Shown one piece after another: positions 32,455 through 42,237 of a DNA stretch of 64,000 nt. The notes beneath the pieces are model-generated. The model was not told where the DNA came from, did not search any database, and was given only the letters and a program-made list of their open reading frames with translations. Positions within the stretch are counted from its first letter, which is position 1, and each line of letters starts with the position of its first letter. Source of the stretch: Clostridia bacterium (GTDB lineage Bacteria > Bacillota > Clostridia > Christensenellales > CAG-138); NCBI GenBank assembly GCA_017509785.1, contig JAFWOT010000012.1, positions 69,476 through 133,475 on the forward strand, written 5' to 3'. Both the position numbers and the translations under genes were made by a program.

Positions 32455-35400
32455 ATGAGCTTTACACATCTGCATGTACATACAGAATACAGCCTCCTTG
32501 ACGGCGCTTCGAGGATCGGCGACCTCGTCGACCGCGCCGCGGAGCTCGGGTTCGATTCAATAGCGATAACCGATCACGGCGTCATGTACGGCGTTATAGA
32601 TTTCTATAACGCCTGCAGGAAGAAGGGCATAAAGCCCATCATCGGTATGGAGGCGTACGTCGCGCCGAAGTCCATATACGAGCCTGCGACTGCCCGCGAT
32701 TACGCGCATCTCATAATTCTCTGCAAGAACGAGACGGGCTACAGGAACCTCATGAAGCTCTCATCGATCGCCTTCGTCGACGGTTTCTATTATAAGCCGA
32801 GGATAGACTACGATCTTCTCGAAAAGTATTCCGAGGGGCTGATCGTGCTCTCCGCCTGCCTCGCGGGCGATATACCGCAGTATCTTCTCAACGAGCAGTA
32901 TTCGGAAGCCCGGAAGCTTGCCGAAAGGCTGAAGATGATATTCGGAGAGGATTTCTATATAGAGCTCCAGAACCACGGCATCCCCGAACAGCAGGTCGTC
33001 CTGCCCAGACTGAACGCGCTCGCGAAGGAGCTCGGGATAAAGACCGTCGCCACGAACGACGTGCATTACGTCAACAGGGACGACGCCGAAGCGCAGGATG
33101 CGCTCCTCTGCATACAGACGGGGCATTTCGTCGACGAGACCAACCGCATGCGCATGGAGGCGGAGGAGTTCTATTTAAAATCCGAGGAGGAGATGCTCCG
33201 CAGGTTCGGCGGCTATGAGGATGCGATAGCCAATACGGCCGAAGTCGCCGCGAAATGCGATCTCGAGATAGAGCTCGGCGGCAGGCATCTGCCGGAGTTC
33301 ACCCCGCCGGACGGCATGGGGCACGAGGAATATCTCCGGAAGCTCTGCGGCGAGGGAATGATAAAGCGCTTCGGCGAGCATCCCGACCCGGTCTATACCG
33401 AAAGGCTTGAGTATGAGATCAGCGTGATCGCCAAGATGGGCTTCGTCGATTATTTCCTCATAGTCTGGGATTTCATTCACTACGCGAAGACACACGGCAT
33501 ACCCGTCGGCCCCGGCAGGGGCTCGGGAGCGGCTTCGATAGTCGCCTACACGCTTGAGATCACGGATCTCGATCCCATAAAATACAACCTCCTCTTCGAG
33601 CGCTTTCTCAATCCGGAGAGGATCACCATGCCCGATATCGACGTCGACTTCTGCTATGAGCGCAGGCAGGAGGTCATCGACTACGTCGTCCGGAAATACG
33701 GCGCGGATCACGTCGCACAGATAATCACGTTCGGTACTATGGCGGCAAGAGCCGTCGTGAGGGATGTCGGAAGGGTCCTCCGCGTGCCGTATAACGAGGT
33801 CGACAAGATCGCGAAGCTCATCCCGCAGATGCTCAAGATAACTCTGAAGCAGGCGCTTGAAATGGTGCCGGAGCTGAAGGAGCTCTACGAAGGCAATGAA
33901 ACCTATAAAAAACTGATCGACCTTTCCATGAAGCTGGAGGGGCTGCCGCGCCATGCTTCGACGCACGCGGCGGGCGTCGTCATCTCCTCAAAGCCGACTA
34001 TGGAGCTCGTCCCCCTGCAGAGGAACGAGGATTCCATCACCACCCAGTACCCGATGGGCACGCTCGAGGCGCTCGGCATGCTTAAGATGGATTTCCTCGG
34101 ACTGCGGACGCTCACTGTAATACACGACTGCTGTGAATTTATAAAGCAGCGCGGCGACGAGGCGCCCGATTTTCCCGCGCTCGGCTATGACGACAGGCAC
34201 GTTTACGAGCTCATCTCATCGGGCGACACGATAGGCATTTTCCAGCTCGAATCCGCCGGGATGACGAACTTCATGATGCAGATGAAGCCCGGCTGCTTCG
34301 AGGATATAATAGCGGGCATAGCGCTCTTCCGCCCGGGCCCCATGGAGCAGATACCGAGGTATCTCGAGGGCAAGCAGGATTCCTCCTCCGTAACGTACGA
34401 GCATGAAAAGCTTAAGCCCATACTCGGCACCACCTACGGCTGTATGGTCTATCAGGAGCAGGTCATGCAGATCGTGCGCGACCTTGCCGGCTACTCCTAC
34501 GGAAGGAGCGACCTCATACGCCGCGCGATGAGCAAGAAAAAGCACGACGTCATGGAAAAGGAGCGCGTCAATTTCATCAACGGCATAGTCGATGAGGACG
34601 GCACGGTCTCCGTCCCGGGAGCGGTCAGAAACGGCATCCCCGCGGATATCGCCAACAGGATATTCGACGAGATGATGGATTTCGCCTCATATGCGTTCAA
34701 TAAGGCGCACGCCGCGTGCTACGCGGTCGTCGCCTACCGCACGGCATGGCTCAAATACTATTATCCCGTCGAGATGATGACCGCGCTCATCAACTCGTTC
34801 ATCGGCAGCGCGGACAAGATAGCGGATTACATCTATTACTGCCGCAAGAGGGGCTTTGGGATACTGCCGCCCGACATAAACCGCTCGCAGCCTCATTTTA
34901 CCGTTGAGAACGGCGCGATCCGTTTCGGCCTCGTCGCGATCCGTAACGTGGGCGAGGAGGCCATGCGCGAGATGCTCGCAGAGCGCGAACGCGGGGGAGA
35001 CTTTAAGGATCTCGCGGACTTCCTGACGAGGGTCGGCTCCGTCAACAAGCGCATGGTCGAAGGGCTCATAAAGGCGGGCTGCTTCGACAGCCTCGGCTAT
35101 AAGCGCCTCTGGCTCATGCAGAACTATGAGGATGAGATGAATTCCGCCGCAGCGGAGCGCCGCCGCCGCGAGTCCGGGCAGCTTTCGCTCTTCGATATGT
35201 TCGGGGAGGAAACGCCCGCTTCCGCTCCCGCGCAGATACCGAAAAACGCGGAAGAGTATTCGCGCGGGGATCTCCTCTCTATGGAAAAGGAAGCCCTCGG
35301 CATATACATAAGCGGGCATCCCCTTATGGAGTACGAATCGACGCTCCGTCTCATGAACGCGGACTGCAAGCGCCTCTCCGAAGCGGACGGCTCCTCCGGT

Positions 35401-35901
35401 TTTCGTGACAACGAGCGGGTCACCTTCGCGGGGCTCCTCGGCGGGATAAGGACGAGGCAGGTCAAATCCGGCGTCGGAATGATGGCCTACGGCGTGGTCG
35501 AGGATATGACAGGGCAGGTGGAGTTCGCCGCCTTCCCGACGGTGTACTCAAAATACCGCGATCTCTTCACGGACGCCGTCCCCGTCAAGGTGACGGGCAG
35601 GCTCTCCATGCGTGAGGATAAGGCGAACACGATAATGATAGACGAGATCTCAATGCTCGAAAAGACCGAAAGGTACAGGCTCTATCTCCGCTTCGACGCG
35701 GAGAGCGCGAAGAAGCTCGAGAGGGTGACGGAGGTGCTCCGCAGGTACCCCGGGAGCCACGACGTGCTGTTCTTCCGTTCCGATACGGGCAAACAGCAGC
35801 TCGCCCCGAGGGAGCTCTGCGTCAGCGGTTCGGAGGCTCTGCTCGAGGTACTCAGGAACCTTCTCGGGTTCGATAACGTGAAATTCGTAAAGCTCAAATA
35901 A
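32455..35901 (+). CDS. dnaE: DNA polymerase III alpha subunit, DnaE-type
   Basis: FTHLHVHTEYSLLDG, ITDHG, GMEAY, ATNDVHY (PHP). PDIDVDF, FGTMAARAV, HAAGVVI (polymerase core). OB domain near the C-terminus. 1148 aa. Confidence 0.97.
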   Translation: MSFTHLHVHTEYSLLDGASRIGDLVDRAAELGFDSIAITDHGVMYGVIDFYNACRKKGIKPIIGMEAYVAPKSIYEPATARDYAHLIILCKNETGYRNLMKLSSIAFVDGFYYKPRIDYDLLEKYSEGLIVLSACLAGDIPQYLLNEQYSEARKLAERLKMIFGEDFYIELQNHGIPEQQVVLPRLNALAKELGIKTVATNDVHYVNRDDAEAQDALLCIQTGHFVDETNRMRMEAEEFYLKSEEEMLRRFGGYEDAIANTAEVAAKCDLEIELGGRHLPEFTPPDGMGHEEYLRKLCGEGMIKRFGEHPDPVYTERLEYEISVIAKMGFVDYFLIVWDFIHYAKTHGIPVGPGRGSGAASIVAYTLEITDLDPIKYNLLFERFLNPERITMPDIDVDFCYERRQEVIDYVVRKYGADHVAQIITFGTMAARAVVRDVGRVLRVPYNEVDKIAKLIPQMLKITLKQALEMVPELKELYEGNETYKKLIDLSMKLEGLPRHASTHAAGVVISSKPTMELVPLQRNEDSITTQYPMGTLEALGMLKMDFLGLRTLTVIHDCCEFIKQRGDEAPDFPALGYDDRHVYELISSGDTIGIFQLESAGMTNFMMQMKPGCFEDIIAGIALFRPGPMEQIPRYLEGKQDSSSVTYEHEKLKPILGTTYGCMVYQEQVMQIVRDLAGYSYGRSDLIRRAMSKKKHDVMEKERVNFINGIVDEDGTVSVPGAVRNGIPADIANRIFDEMMDFASYAFNKAHAACYAVVAYRTAWLKYYYPVEMMTALINSFIGSADKIADYIYYCRKRGFGILPPDINRSQPHFTVENGAIRFGLVAIRNVGEEAMREMLAERERGGDFKDLADFLTRVGSVNKRMVEGLIKAGCFDSLGYKRLWLMQNYEDEMNSAAAERRRRESGQLSLFDMFGEETPASAPAQIPKNAEEYSRGDLLSMEKEALGIYISGHPLMEYESTLRLMNADCKRLSEADGSSGFRDNERVTFAGLLGGIRTRQVKSGVGMMAYGVVEDMTGQVEFAAFPTVYSKYRDLFTDAVPVKVTGRLSMREDKANTIMIDEISMLEKTERYRLYLRFDAESAKKLERVTEVLRRYPGSHDVLFFRSDTGKQQLAPRELCVSGSEALLEVLRNLLGFDNVKFVKLK

Positions 35902-35926
35902 TAAAGGCACAGAAAGGCAAAAAGCA

Positions 35927-36889
35927 ATGAAAAGGATCGGTGTTTTAACAAGCGGCGGCGACACGCCCGGCATGAACTGCGCAATTCGTTCCGTCTTCAA
36001 GACGGGCGTCGCGATGGGGATGCAGGTGATGGGCATCTACCACGGATACAAGGGCCTCATCGAGGGCAGGGTCGATTACCTCACCCATGAATCCGTTGAG
36101 AACAAGATGCATAAGGGCGGCACCGTTTTAAGGACGGCGAGGAGCGAGGTGTTCAAGACCGAGGAGGGCATAGAAAAGGCCATCTCCGTGCTCCGTGCCT
36201 ACGGCATAGAGGGGCTCGTCGTCATCGGCGGAGACGGCTCCTTCAGGGGCTGCATGGAACTCGTTAAAAAGGGTGTCCCCACGATCGGCATTCCCGGCAC
36301 GATCGACAACGACATGGGCTATACCGATTTCACCATCGGCTTCGATACGGCGGTCAACAACGTCACCAACGAGATCTACAAGATCAGGGACACCATGCGC
36401 GCGCATGACCGCGTCGGCGTAATAGAGGTCATGGGCCGCAACTGCGGCGATATCGCACTCTGGGCAGGGATCGCCGGCGCGGCGGATCTCATTCTCGTGC
36501 CTGAGGTGCCCGTCCCCTGGGATGAGGCGGCGACGCGGCTCGCGCAGAACAAGCTCCGCGGCAGGCTGACGAGCATAGTCATGATCGCCGAGGGAGCGGG
36601 CAGGGCGGAGGATTTCGTCAAGTACGTCCGCGAGCATACCGACGTAGAGATCAAGGCTACCGTTCTCGGCTACATACAGAGGGGCGGCAACCCCTCGGCC
36701 TTCGACCGCGTCCTCGCGGCGAAGCTCGGGCAAAGGGCGGTCGAGCTCCTTGCCGAGGGCAAGGCCGGACGCGCCGTCGGCATCCGCCATAACAGCATTT
36801 ATGACGTCGCCCTATCCGAGGCGATCGAAATGAAGGACGAATTCGATAGGAAGCTCTACGAGCTCAACGAGCTCATGGCTAAATTCTGA
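35927..36889 (+). CDS. pfkA: ATP-dependent 6-phosphofructokinase
   Basis: IGVLTSGGDTPGMN...VIGGDGS...GIPGTIDNDM...EVMGRNCGDIAL...LGYIQRGG. Confidence 0.96.
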   Translation: MKRIGVLTSGGDTPGMNCAIRSVFKTGVAMGMQVMGIYHGYKGLIEGRVDYLTHESVENKMHKGGTVLRTARSEVFKTEEGIEKAISVLRAYGIEGLVVIGGDGSFRGCMELVKKGVPTIGIPGTIDNDMGYTDFTIGFDTAVNNVTNEIYKIRDTMRAHDRVGVIEVMGRNCGDIALWAGIAGAADLILVPEVPVPWDEAATRLAQNKLRGRLTSIVMIAEGAGRAEDFVKYVREHTDVEIKATVLGYIQRGGNPSAFDRVLAAKLGQRAVELLAEGKAGRAVGIRHNSIYDVALSEAIEMKDEFDRKLYELNELMAKF

Positions 36890-36909
36890 TAAACTTACGG
36901 GGGGCAAGT

Positions 36910-37803
36910 ATGGAAAAAGGGAAGGACAAGCCCAAGAGACGATGGGGAGACAGGCGCGACGGAAGGCGCGTCAAGGCTCCGGGGCTGCAGACGGTGATGG
37001 GATACCTCATGCCGAAGCGCACCGAATGCGAGGTCTGCCTGCAGGACGTGCTGGACGTGACGGAGCTCGTCAAGGCGATCGAAAGGAAGAACGCGGAGCA
37101 TCCCGACTACAAGACGACGGTGTTCCACTGCGCGGTCACGGCGCTCGCCCGCATGGTGAAGGAGCGCCCGCTGATGAACAGGTTCATACAGGGCTACCGC
37201 ATGTATGAACGCGACGAGATCTCGATCAGCTTCATCGTGAAGCGCCGCTTCGCCGACGGAGCTGAGGAATCGCTCATGGTGCTCGTCCCGAAGGATGAGG
37301 ACACCATCGATTCGGTCAGCCAAAAGATTTACGGCAACGTGAAGGAGACCCGCAAATCGGAGACCTCGACGGGCGGCATCGACGCGACGATCGACGCGTT
37401 TGCAAGGCTGCCGAGATTCGTTCTCATGATCGCCATCAAGATCATCCGCTGGCTCGATTTCTGGGGCAAGACCCCGAAGGCTCTGACCGAGGGTGATACG
37501 AATTACACGACGATACTCTGCTCCAACCTCGGTTCCATAAAGGCGCCTGCGGTGTATCATCACCTCAACAACTATGGTACCAACAGCATTATGGTCACCT
37601 TCGGCACCATCCACAAGCAGGAGATGATAATGCCGGATGGCACGAAGCAGGTAAGGGACGTCATGGACTTCGGCGCGACGTTGGATGAGCGCATCGCGGA
37701 CGGCTTCTATTTTGCAAGGAGCTTCCGCCTCGTTCAGCACATATTCGCGCATCCGGAGCTTCTCGACAGGCCCCTCGGCGAACCGAGCGGCTACGAGTAT
37801 TGA
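36910..37803 (+). CDS. 2-oxoacid dehydrogenase E2 / CAT-fold acyltransferase catalytic-domain-only protein (atypical active-site motif)
   Basis: 297 aa with no lipoyl or E3-binding domains. The C-terminal block reads FGATLDERIADGFYFARSF, versus SFDHRVIDGADGARF in E2 enzymes. Confidence 0.7.
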   Translation: MEKGKDKPKRRWGDRRDGRRVKAPGLQTVMGYLMPKRTECEVCLQDVLDVTELVKAIERKNAEHPDYKTTVFHCAVTALARMVKERPLMNRFIQGYRMYERDEISISFIVKRRFADGAEESLMVLVPKDEDTIDSVSQKIYGNVKETRKSETSTGGIDATIDAFARLPRFVLMIAIKIIRWLDFWGKTPKALTEGDTNYTTILCSNLGSIKAPAVYHHLNNYGTNSIMVTFGTIHKQEMIMPDGTKQVRDVMDFGATLDERIADGFYFARSFRLVQHIFAHPELLDRPLGEPSGYEY

Positions 37804-37815
37804 AATGAATGAAAT

Positions 37816-37857
37816 AAGCGGCGCGTGAGGATCCTGATCCCCGCACCGCTTTTTATT
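37816..37857. terminator. Bidirectional intrinsic terminator between convergent genes
   Basis: Imperfect hairpin AAGCGGCGCGTGAGGATC / GATCCCCGCACCGCTT (37816-37851) followed by TTTTATTT. Confidence 0.6.
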
Positions 37858-39341
37858 TACAGCAATATGCAGATGAGGCCGCTGCAGCCGTCGTTCACCA
37901 TGCGGTTCAGCGTTTCCCGCAGGCGGAGCTGCACCTCGGGCGGGAGATTGTTTATCTTTCCCGTCATGCCCTCCTTCACGAGATCGTAGATGGGCTTGCC
38001 GAATATGTTAGTCGACCAGATCTCGTCCGGGCTGGTCTCGAACGTGTTCATGAGATACGAAGCAAGCTCCTCGCCCTGCTCTTCCGTGCCGACGAGCGGG
38101 TTGACCTCGCTCTCGATATCGACCCTTATTATATGCAGGCCGGAAGCGTGCGCCTTCAGCTTCACGCCGAAACGGCTCCCGTGGTGGACTATCTCCGGGC
38201 GGTCGAGCTGCATCTCGTCGATCTTCGGCGGAACGAGCCCGTAGCCGAACTCGTTAGCGGCCTTCAGCGCCTGAGCCACGCGGTCGTATTCCCGCTTTGC
38301 GAGGACGAGCTCCTTCAGCGAACTCATCAGCTCGGATTCGTCGGCGATCTCGCATCCGCACTGCTCCGAGAGGATCCGATAGAACACGCCCTCCTTCGGT
38401 TCAAGACGGTACTCTAAGCCCCCGTCGCCGAGCGTCATCCCCTCGAGCCGAGGCGGGAGCATATCCGCAAGCCCGCTCAAAGGCTCCGTGAGCTTCGCAT
38501 GATCGCGCATCCTCGAAATTTCGGGCAGCGCGGCGCGCACGGCGTCAAGCACGCCCCGCATGAGCGGGTGCTCCGCTCCGAGGGCTCTGACCCAGCGCGG
38601 CAGGGATACCGTCAGCGTGCGGACGGGGAAGTCATAGAGCACGTTCTCGAGAAGCTTTCCTATATCGGACGAGGTCATGTTCATCACGTCCACGGTGAGC
38701 ACGCTGACCGAGTATTTCTTCTCTATCTCCCCGGAGCAGCGGAGCGCGGCCTCGCTTTCGGGCTCCGTGCTGTTGAGTATGACGGCAAAGGGCTTGCCCG
38801 TTCTCCTCAGCTCCGAAAAGACCTTTTCCTCTGCGGGCTCGTATGCTTCCCGCGGGATCCCCGTGACGGAACCGTCCGTCAGCACGACGATCCCGACGGT
38901 CGAGTGCTCCGTGATGACCCTTCTCGTGCCGATCTCCGCCGCCTCGTTAAAGGGGATATCATGGTCGAACCAGGGCGTCCGCACCATCCTCGGGGCCTCC
39001 TCCTCCAAAGCGCCGAGCGCACCCTCCACCATAAAGCCGACGCAGTCTATCATGCGCACGGAAAGTTCCGCCTCCTCTTCGCTGCCCAGCCTGACGCTGA
39101 CGGCGTCGTTCGGCACGAACTTCGGCTGCGTGGTCATTACCGTCCTGCCGGAGCCGCTCTGCGGGAGCTCGTCGACGACCCTGTCGCGTATATGCCCGTT
39201 CTCTATATTCGGTATCACAAGAGTATCCATAAAACGCTTTATAAACGTTGATTTCCCCGTCCGCACGGGACCGACGACTCCGATATATATGTCGCCCTGC
39301 GTCCTCTGCGCGATATCGCGGTAAAGTTCCGCTCTTTCCAT
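37857..39341 (-). CDS. spoIVA: Stage IV sporulation protein A (spore coat morphogenetic ATPase)
   Basis: YRDIAQRTQGDIYIGVVGPVRTGKSTFIKRFMD...ELPQSGSGRTVMTTQPKFVP. 494 aa. Confidence 0.96.
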   Translation of the reverse strand: MERAELYRDIAQRTQGDIYIGVVGPVRTGKSTFIKRFMDTLVIPNIENGHIRDRVVDELPQSGSGRTVMTTQPKFVPNDAVSVRLGSEEEAELSVRMIDCVGFMVEGALGALEEEAPRMVRTPWFDHDIPFNEAAEIGTRRVITEHSTVGIVVLTDGSVTGIPREAYEPAEEKVFSELRRTGKPFAVILNSTEPESEAALRCSGEIEKKYSVSVLTVDVMNMTSSDIGKLLENVLYDFPVRTLTVSLPRWVRALGAEHPLMRGVLDAVRAALPEISRMRDHAKLTEPLSGLADMLPPRLEGMTLGDGGLEYRLEPKEGVFYRILSEQCGCEIADESELMSSLKELVLAKREYDRVAQALKAANEFGYGLVPPKIDEMQLDRPEIVHHGSRFGVKLKAHASGLHIIRVDIESEVNPLVGTEEQGEELASYLMNTFETSPDEIWSTNIFGKPIYDLVKEGMTGKINNLPPEVQLRLRETLNRMVNDGCSGLICILL

Positions 39342-39374
39342 TAGGCAGTCTCCCTTCGGTTTTCGATTCGGTAA

Positions 39375-39403
39375 AGCCTATGCTGCACCGCTTCTCAAAA
39401 TGA
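39375..39403 (-). promoter_or_regulatory. Candidate SigE-type (mother-cell) promoter of spoIVA
   Basis: On the minus strand: TCATTTT (39403-39397), 14 nt, CATAGGCT (39382-39375), compared with the B. subtilis SigE consensus ZHATAxx-n14-CATACAHT. About 33 nt upstream of ATG 39341. Confidence 0.35.
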
Positions 39404-39411
39404 CGAAGGCG

Positions 39412-39444
39412 AAAAAAACCCCGCAGAGCGCCGTGCCTGCGGGG
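39412..39444 (-). terminator. Intrinsic terminator downstream of der
   Basis: On the minus strand: CCCCGCAGG...CTGCGGGG, followed by TTTTTTT (39418-39412). Confidence 0.8.
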
Positions 39445-39451
39445 AGGATAT

Positions 39452-40777
39452 TCAGTTGTTATCGCTTTCCGCCCTGTTTCTGATTATGAGGCGGATGGGA
39501 ACGGAATCGAGCTTGAAGGATTTGCGGATGTAATTCTCGAGATAGCGGCGGTATGAGAAGTGCATCAGCTCGGCGTCGTTGACGAATATAATGAAAGTCG
39601 GCGGCATAACGGAGGCCTGTGTGCTGTAGTAGATGCGCAGCTTCCTGCCCTTGACAAAGGGCGGCTCCGACATCGTGACCGCCTCGCCGATGACGTCGTT
39701 CAATATGCCCGTCGTGATGCGCGTCTGCGCCTGTGAAAGGACGGCGTTCGCCTGCTCCATGACGCGCTGGACCCTCTGACCCGTCTTTGCCGAGATGAAG
39801 AGCATCGGCACATAGCTCATGAAGGCGAGATCGGTCAGCATATCCTTCTTGAATTTTTCTACCGTGTGAGTATCCTTCTCGATGAGATCCCACTTGTTCA
39901 CTATGAGCACGCTCGCCTTGCCCTCCTCGTGGACGTAGCCCGCGATGCGGACGTCCTGCTCGGAGAGACCCTGCTCCGCGTCGACAACGATCAGCGCCAC
40001 GTCGCAGCGGCGTATGGCGGCAAGCGACCTTATCACGGAGTAACGCTCGACGTTCTCGTCCCCGACGGCGCGCTTGCGGCGTATGCCGGCAGTGTCGATG
40101 AGGACGTAATCCTTTTCGTTGTATCGGAAGGGGGTGTCTATCGCGTCCCGCGTCGTGCCGGGTATGTTCGAAACGATGGTGCGCTCCTGCCCGAGCAGCG
40201 CGTTAACGAGGCTGGATTTGCCCACGTTGGGCTTTCCGACTACGGCTATCGAGACGGAGTCGCCGCCGTCGTCCTCCTCTATAGCGGGGAAGAACCTGCA
40301 CACCTCGTCAAGAAGATCCCCTATGCCGAGGCCCTGCTCGGCGGAAATGGTGACGAGATCGCCTATCCCGAGGGAATAGAAATCATAGGCCGTATCCTCG
40401 TACTTGACGTGATCGACCTTATTGACGGCGAGCACTATCGGCTTCTTGCAGCGGCGGAGCATCTCCGCGACTTCCATATCGGCGGCGGTCAGCCCCTCGC
40501 GCCCGTCCACGACGAATATTATGACGTGCGAGGTCTCGATCGCGAGCTCCGCCTGCCTGCGCATCTGGGCGAGGATTATATCCTCCGTATCGGGCTCTAT
40601 ACCGCCCGTGTCGATGACGGTGAAATAATGCGTGAGCCACTCCGCATCGCCGTAGATCCTGTCACGGGTGACGCCGGGGGTGTCCTCTATAATGGCAATG
40701 CGCTTGCCGACTATGCGGTTGAAGAGCGTGGATTTGCCCACGTTGGGGCGTCCTACTATCGCAACTAAGGGTTTCAT
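39452..40777 (-). CDS. der: Ribosome biogenesis GTPase Der (EngA), double G-domain
   Basis: GRPNVGKST and GKPNVGKSS P-loops, NKVD and NKWD motifs, KH-like C-terminus. Confidence 0.96.
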   Translation of the reverse strand: MKPLVAIVGRPNVGKSTLFNRIVGKRIAIIEDTPGVTRDRIYGDAEWLTHYFTVIDTGGIEPDTEDIILAQMRRQAELAIETSHVIIFVVDGREGLTAADMEVAEMLRRCKKPIVLAVNKVDHVKYEDTAYDFYSLGIGDLVTISAEQGLGIGDLLDEVCRFFPAIEEDDGGDSVSIAVVGKPNVGKSSLVNALLGQERTIVSNIPGTTRDAIDTPFRYNEKDYVLIDTAGIRRKRAVGDENVERYSVIRSLAAIRRCDVALIVVDAEQGLSEQDVRIAGYVHEEGKASVLIVNKWDLIEKDTHTVEKFKKDMLTDLAFMSYVPMLFISAKTGQRVQRVMEQANAVLSQAQTRITTGILNDVIGEAVTMSEPPFVKGRKLRIYYSTQASVMPPTFIIFVNDAELMHFSYRRYLENYIRKSFKLDSVPIRLIIRNRAESDNN

Positions 40778-42087
40778 TCTTTTATCAGCCTTTCGGTTAT
40801 TTCGAATAATTCGGAGACGAATCTCTCCCCGTCGTCCGAGGGCATCGGGTATACGGGCATATGGAGCTCGTCGGAAAGCCGGGGGAGATGCATCCCGTCG
40901 AGGAACACGTCGTCCATCTCACGGAGCATCGACGAGGTCATAAGCAAGGCTTCCCCCGTGAGCCGGCCCAACTCCTGCCGGATTATATCCCCGGCCGTCA
41001 CAAGGCCGGAGACGGTAACGCTTTCGCCGAAGAAATCGTTCCGGACGGCGTGCACGTTTACTGAGATGTTGTACGGTTCGAGCTTTGAGAACAGCTCCCT
41101 CATACAGCCGGATATCGCCGTTCCGCAGACGGAATCGAGCTCCACGCGGCGGGGCAGGGGAGAGCGCTCCCCGAGCGCCTCGATAAAGCCGCTCTCAAAC
41201 AGTCGGAAGAGCCCGACGCCGTTTTCGATCTGATCGAACGCGCCGTAGTATTCGTAGGGCGGCAGCTCGTACCCCGCGCGCAGATACATCTCATCCGAGC
41301 AGAAGGCGAAGTCCTCCGCGCCGTACTCCGCCCTGAATTCCTCGACAATGCGGATAGCTTCGCGCGCGTCGTCCCGGCTCATGGGCTTTAAAGGGAAGAG
41401 CCCCTCACGGTGCTTCGTGAGGCCTACCGGCACGACGGCGACCGACTGCGCCTCGGGCGAAAGCGACTTAAGATCGCGAAGCGTCCTTTTGAGGATCTCT
41501 CCGCCGTTCAGCTCCGGGCAGAGGACTATCTGCGTGTGGAATTTCAGCCCGTGCTCATGGAGAGCGGTGAGACGTTCCATTATTCGGTCGGCGTTCTTCG
41601 AACGCATCATCGTCTTCCTGACCGCGCCGTCCGTCGCATGGACGGAGATATAAAGCGGGCTTACGCGCCTTTCGAGTATCCGGCGGAATTCCGTGTCGGA
41701 AACGTTCGTGAGAGTGACGTAATTGCCCATTATGAGCGAGAGCCGCCAATCGTCGTCCTTGAAATAGAGCGTGCCGCGGTGGCCCCGGGGCATTTGATCG
41801 ATAAAGCAGAAAACGCAGTGGTTGGCGCATTGGCGCACGGGGCTCATCAGCCCCGACCCGAAGTTGAGCCCCAGGGGCTCCCATATCTCCTTTTCGATAT
41901 CAAAAATGACGAGCTCGCCTTCCGCCGTTTCGAATTCGGCGGTGATGCGCTCGTTGTTCGTGAAGAGCTCATAATCGATAACGTCGCGGATGGTCTCTCC
42001 GTTTACGGAGACGAGCTTCCATCCGGGGCGTATGCCGAGCTCGTCGGCTATGGAATCGGGATCGACTCCCGTGACCGGGTGTTTCAT
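40774..42087 (-). CDS. DUF512 domain protein (PDZ plus radical-SAM-like, TIGR03279-type)
   Basis: N-terminal PDZ-like IRPGWKLVSVNGE. CANHCVFCFIDQMP cysteine motif. ATGA overlap with der. Confidence 0.8.
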   Translation of the reverse strand: MKHPVTGVDPDSIADELGIRPGWKLVSVNGETIRDVIDYELFTNNERITAEFETAEGELVIFDIEKEIWEPLGLNFGSGLMSPVRQCANHCVFCFIDQMPRGHRGTLYFKDDDWRLSLIMGNYVTLTNVSDTEFRRILERRVSPLYISVHATDGAVRKTMMRSKNADRIMERLTALHEHGLKFHTQIVLCPELNGGEILKRTLRDLKSLSPEAQSVAVVPVGLTKHREGLFPLKPMSRDDAREAIRIVEEFRAEYGAEDFAFCSDEMYLRAGYELPPYEYYGAFDQIENGVGLFRLFESGFIEALGERSPLPRRVELDSVCGTAISGCMRELFSKLEPYNISVNVHAVRNDFFGESVTVSGLVTAGDIIRQELGRLTGEALLMTSSMLREMDDVFLDGMHLPRLSDELHMPVYPMPSDDGERFVSELFEITERLIKE

Positions 42088-42180
42088 AACAGAGGCTCCT
42101 TCTTTACCTGCATCATTTTATTATAACATAAACGGAGCGTCTGTTCAATTATAAAATATTTTCTCCGCGGCAAATTTTGA

Positions 42181-42209
42181 TTGAATTGGCGTAACGGGTA
42201 TGTTATAAT
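42181..42209 (+). promoter_or_regulatory. SigA-type promoter (extended -10) of the L,D-transpeptidase gene
   Basis: TTGAAT (42181-42186), 17 nt, TGT-TATAAT (42201-42209). The listed ORF start at 42181 is the -35 box. Confidence 0.65.
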
Positions 42210-42237
42210 GAAGGACAGAACTGTAACATGGGAGACT

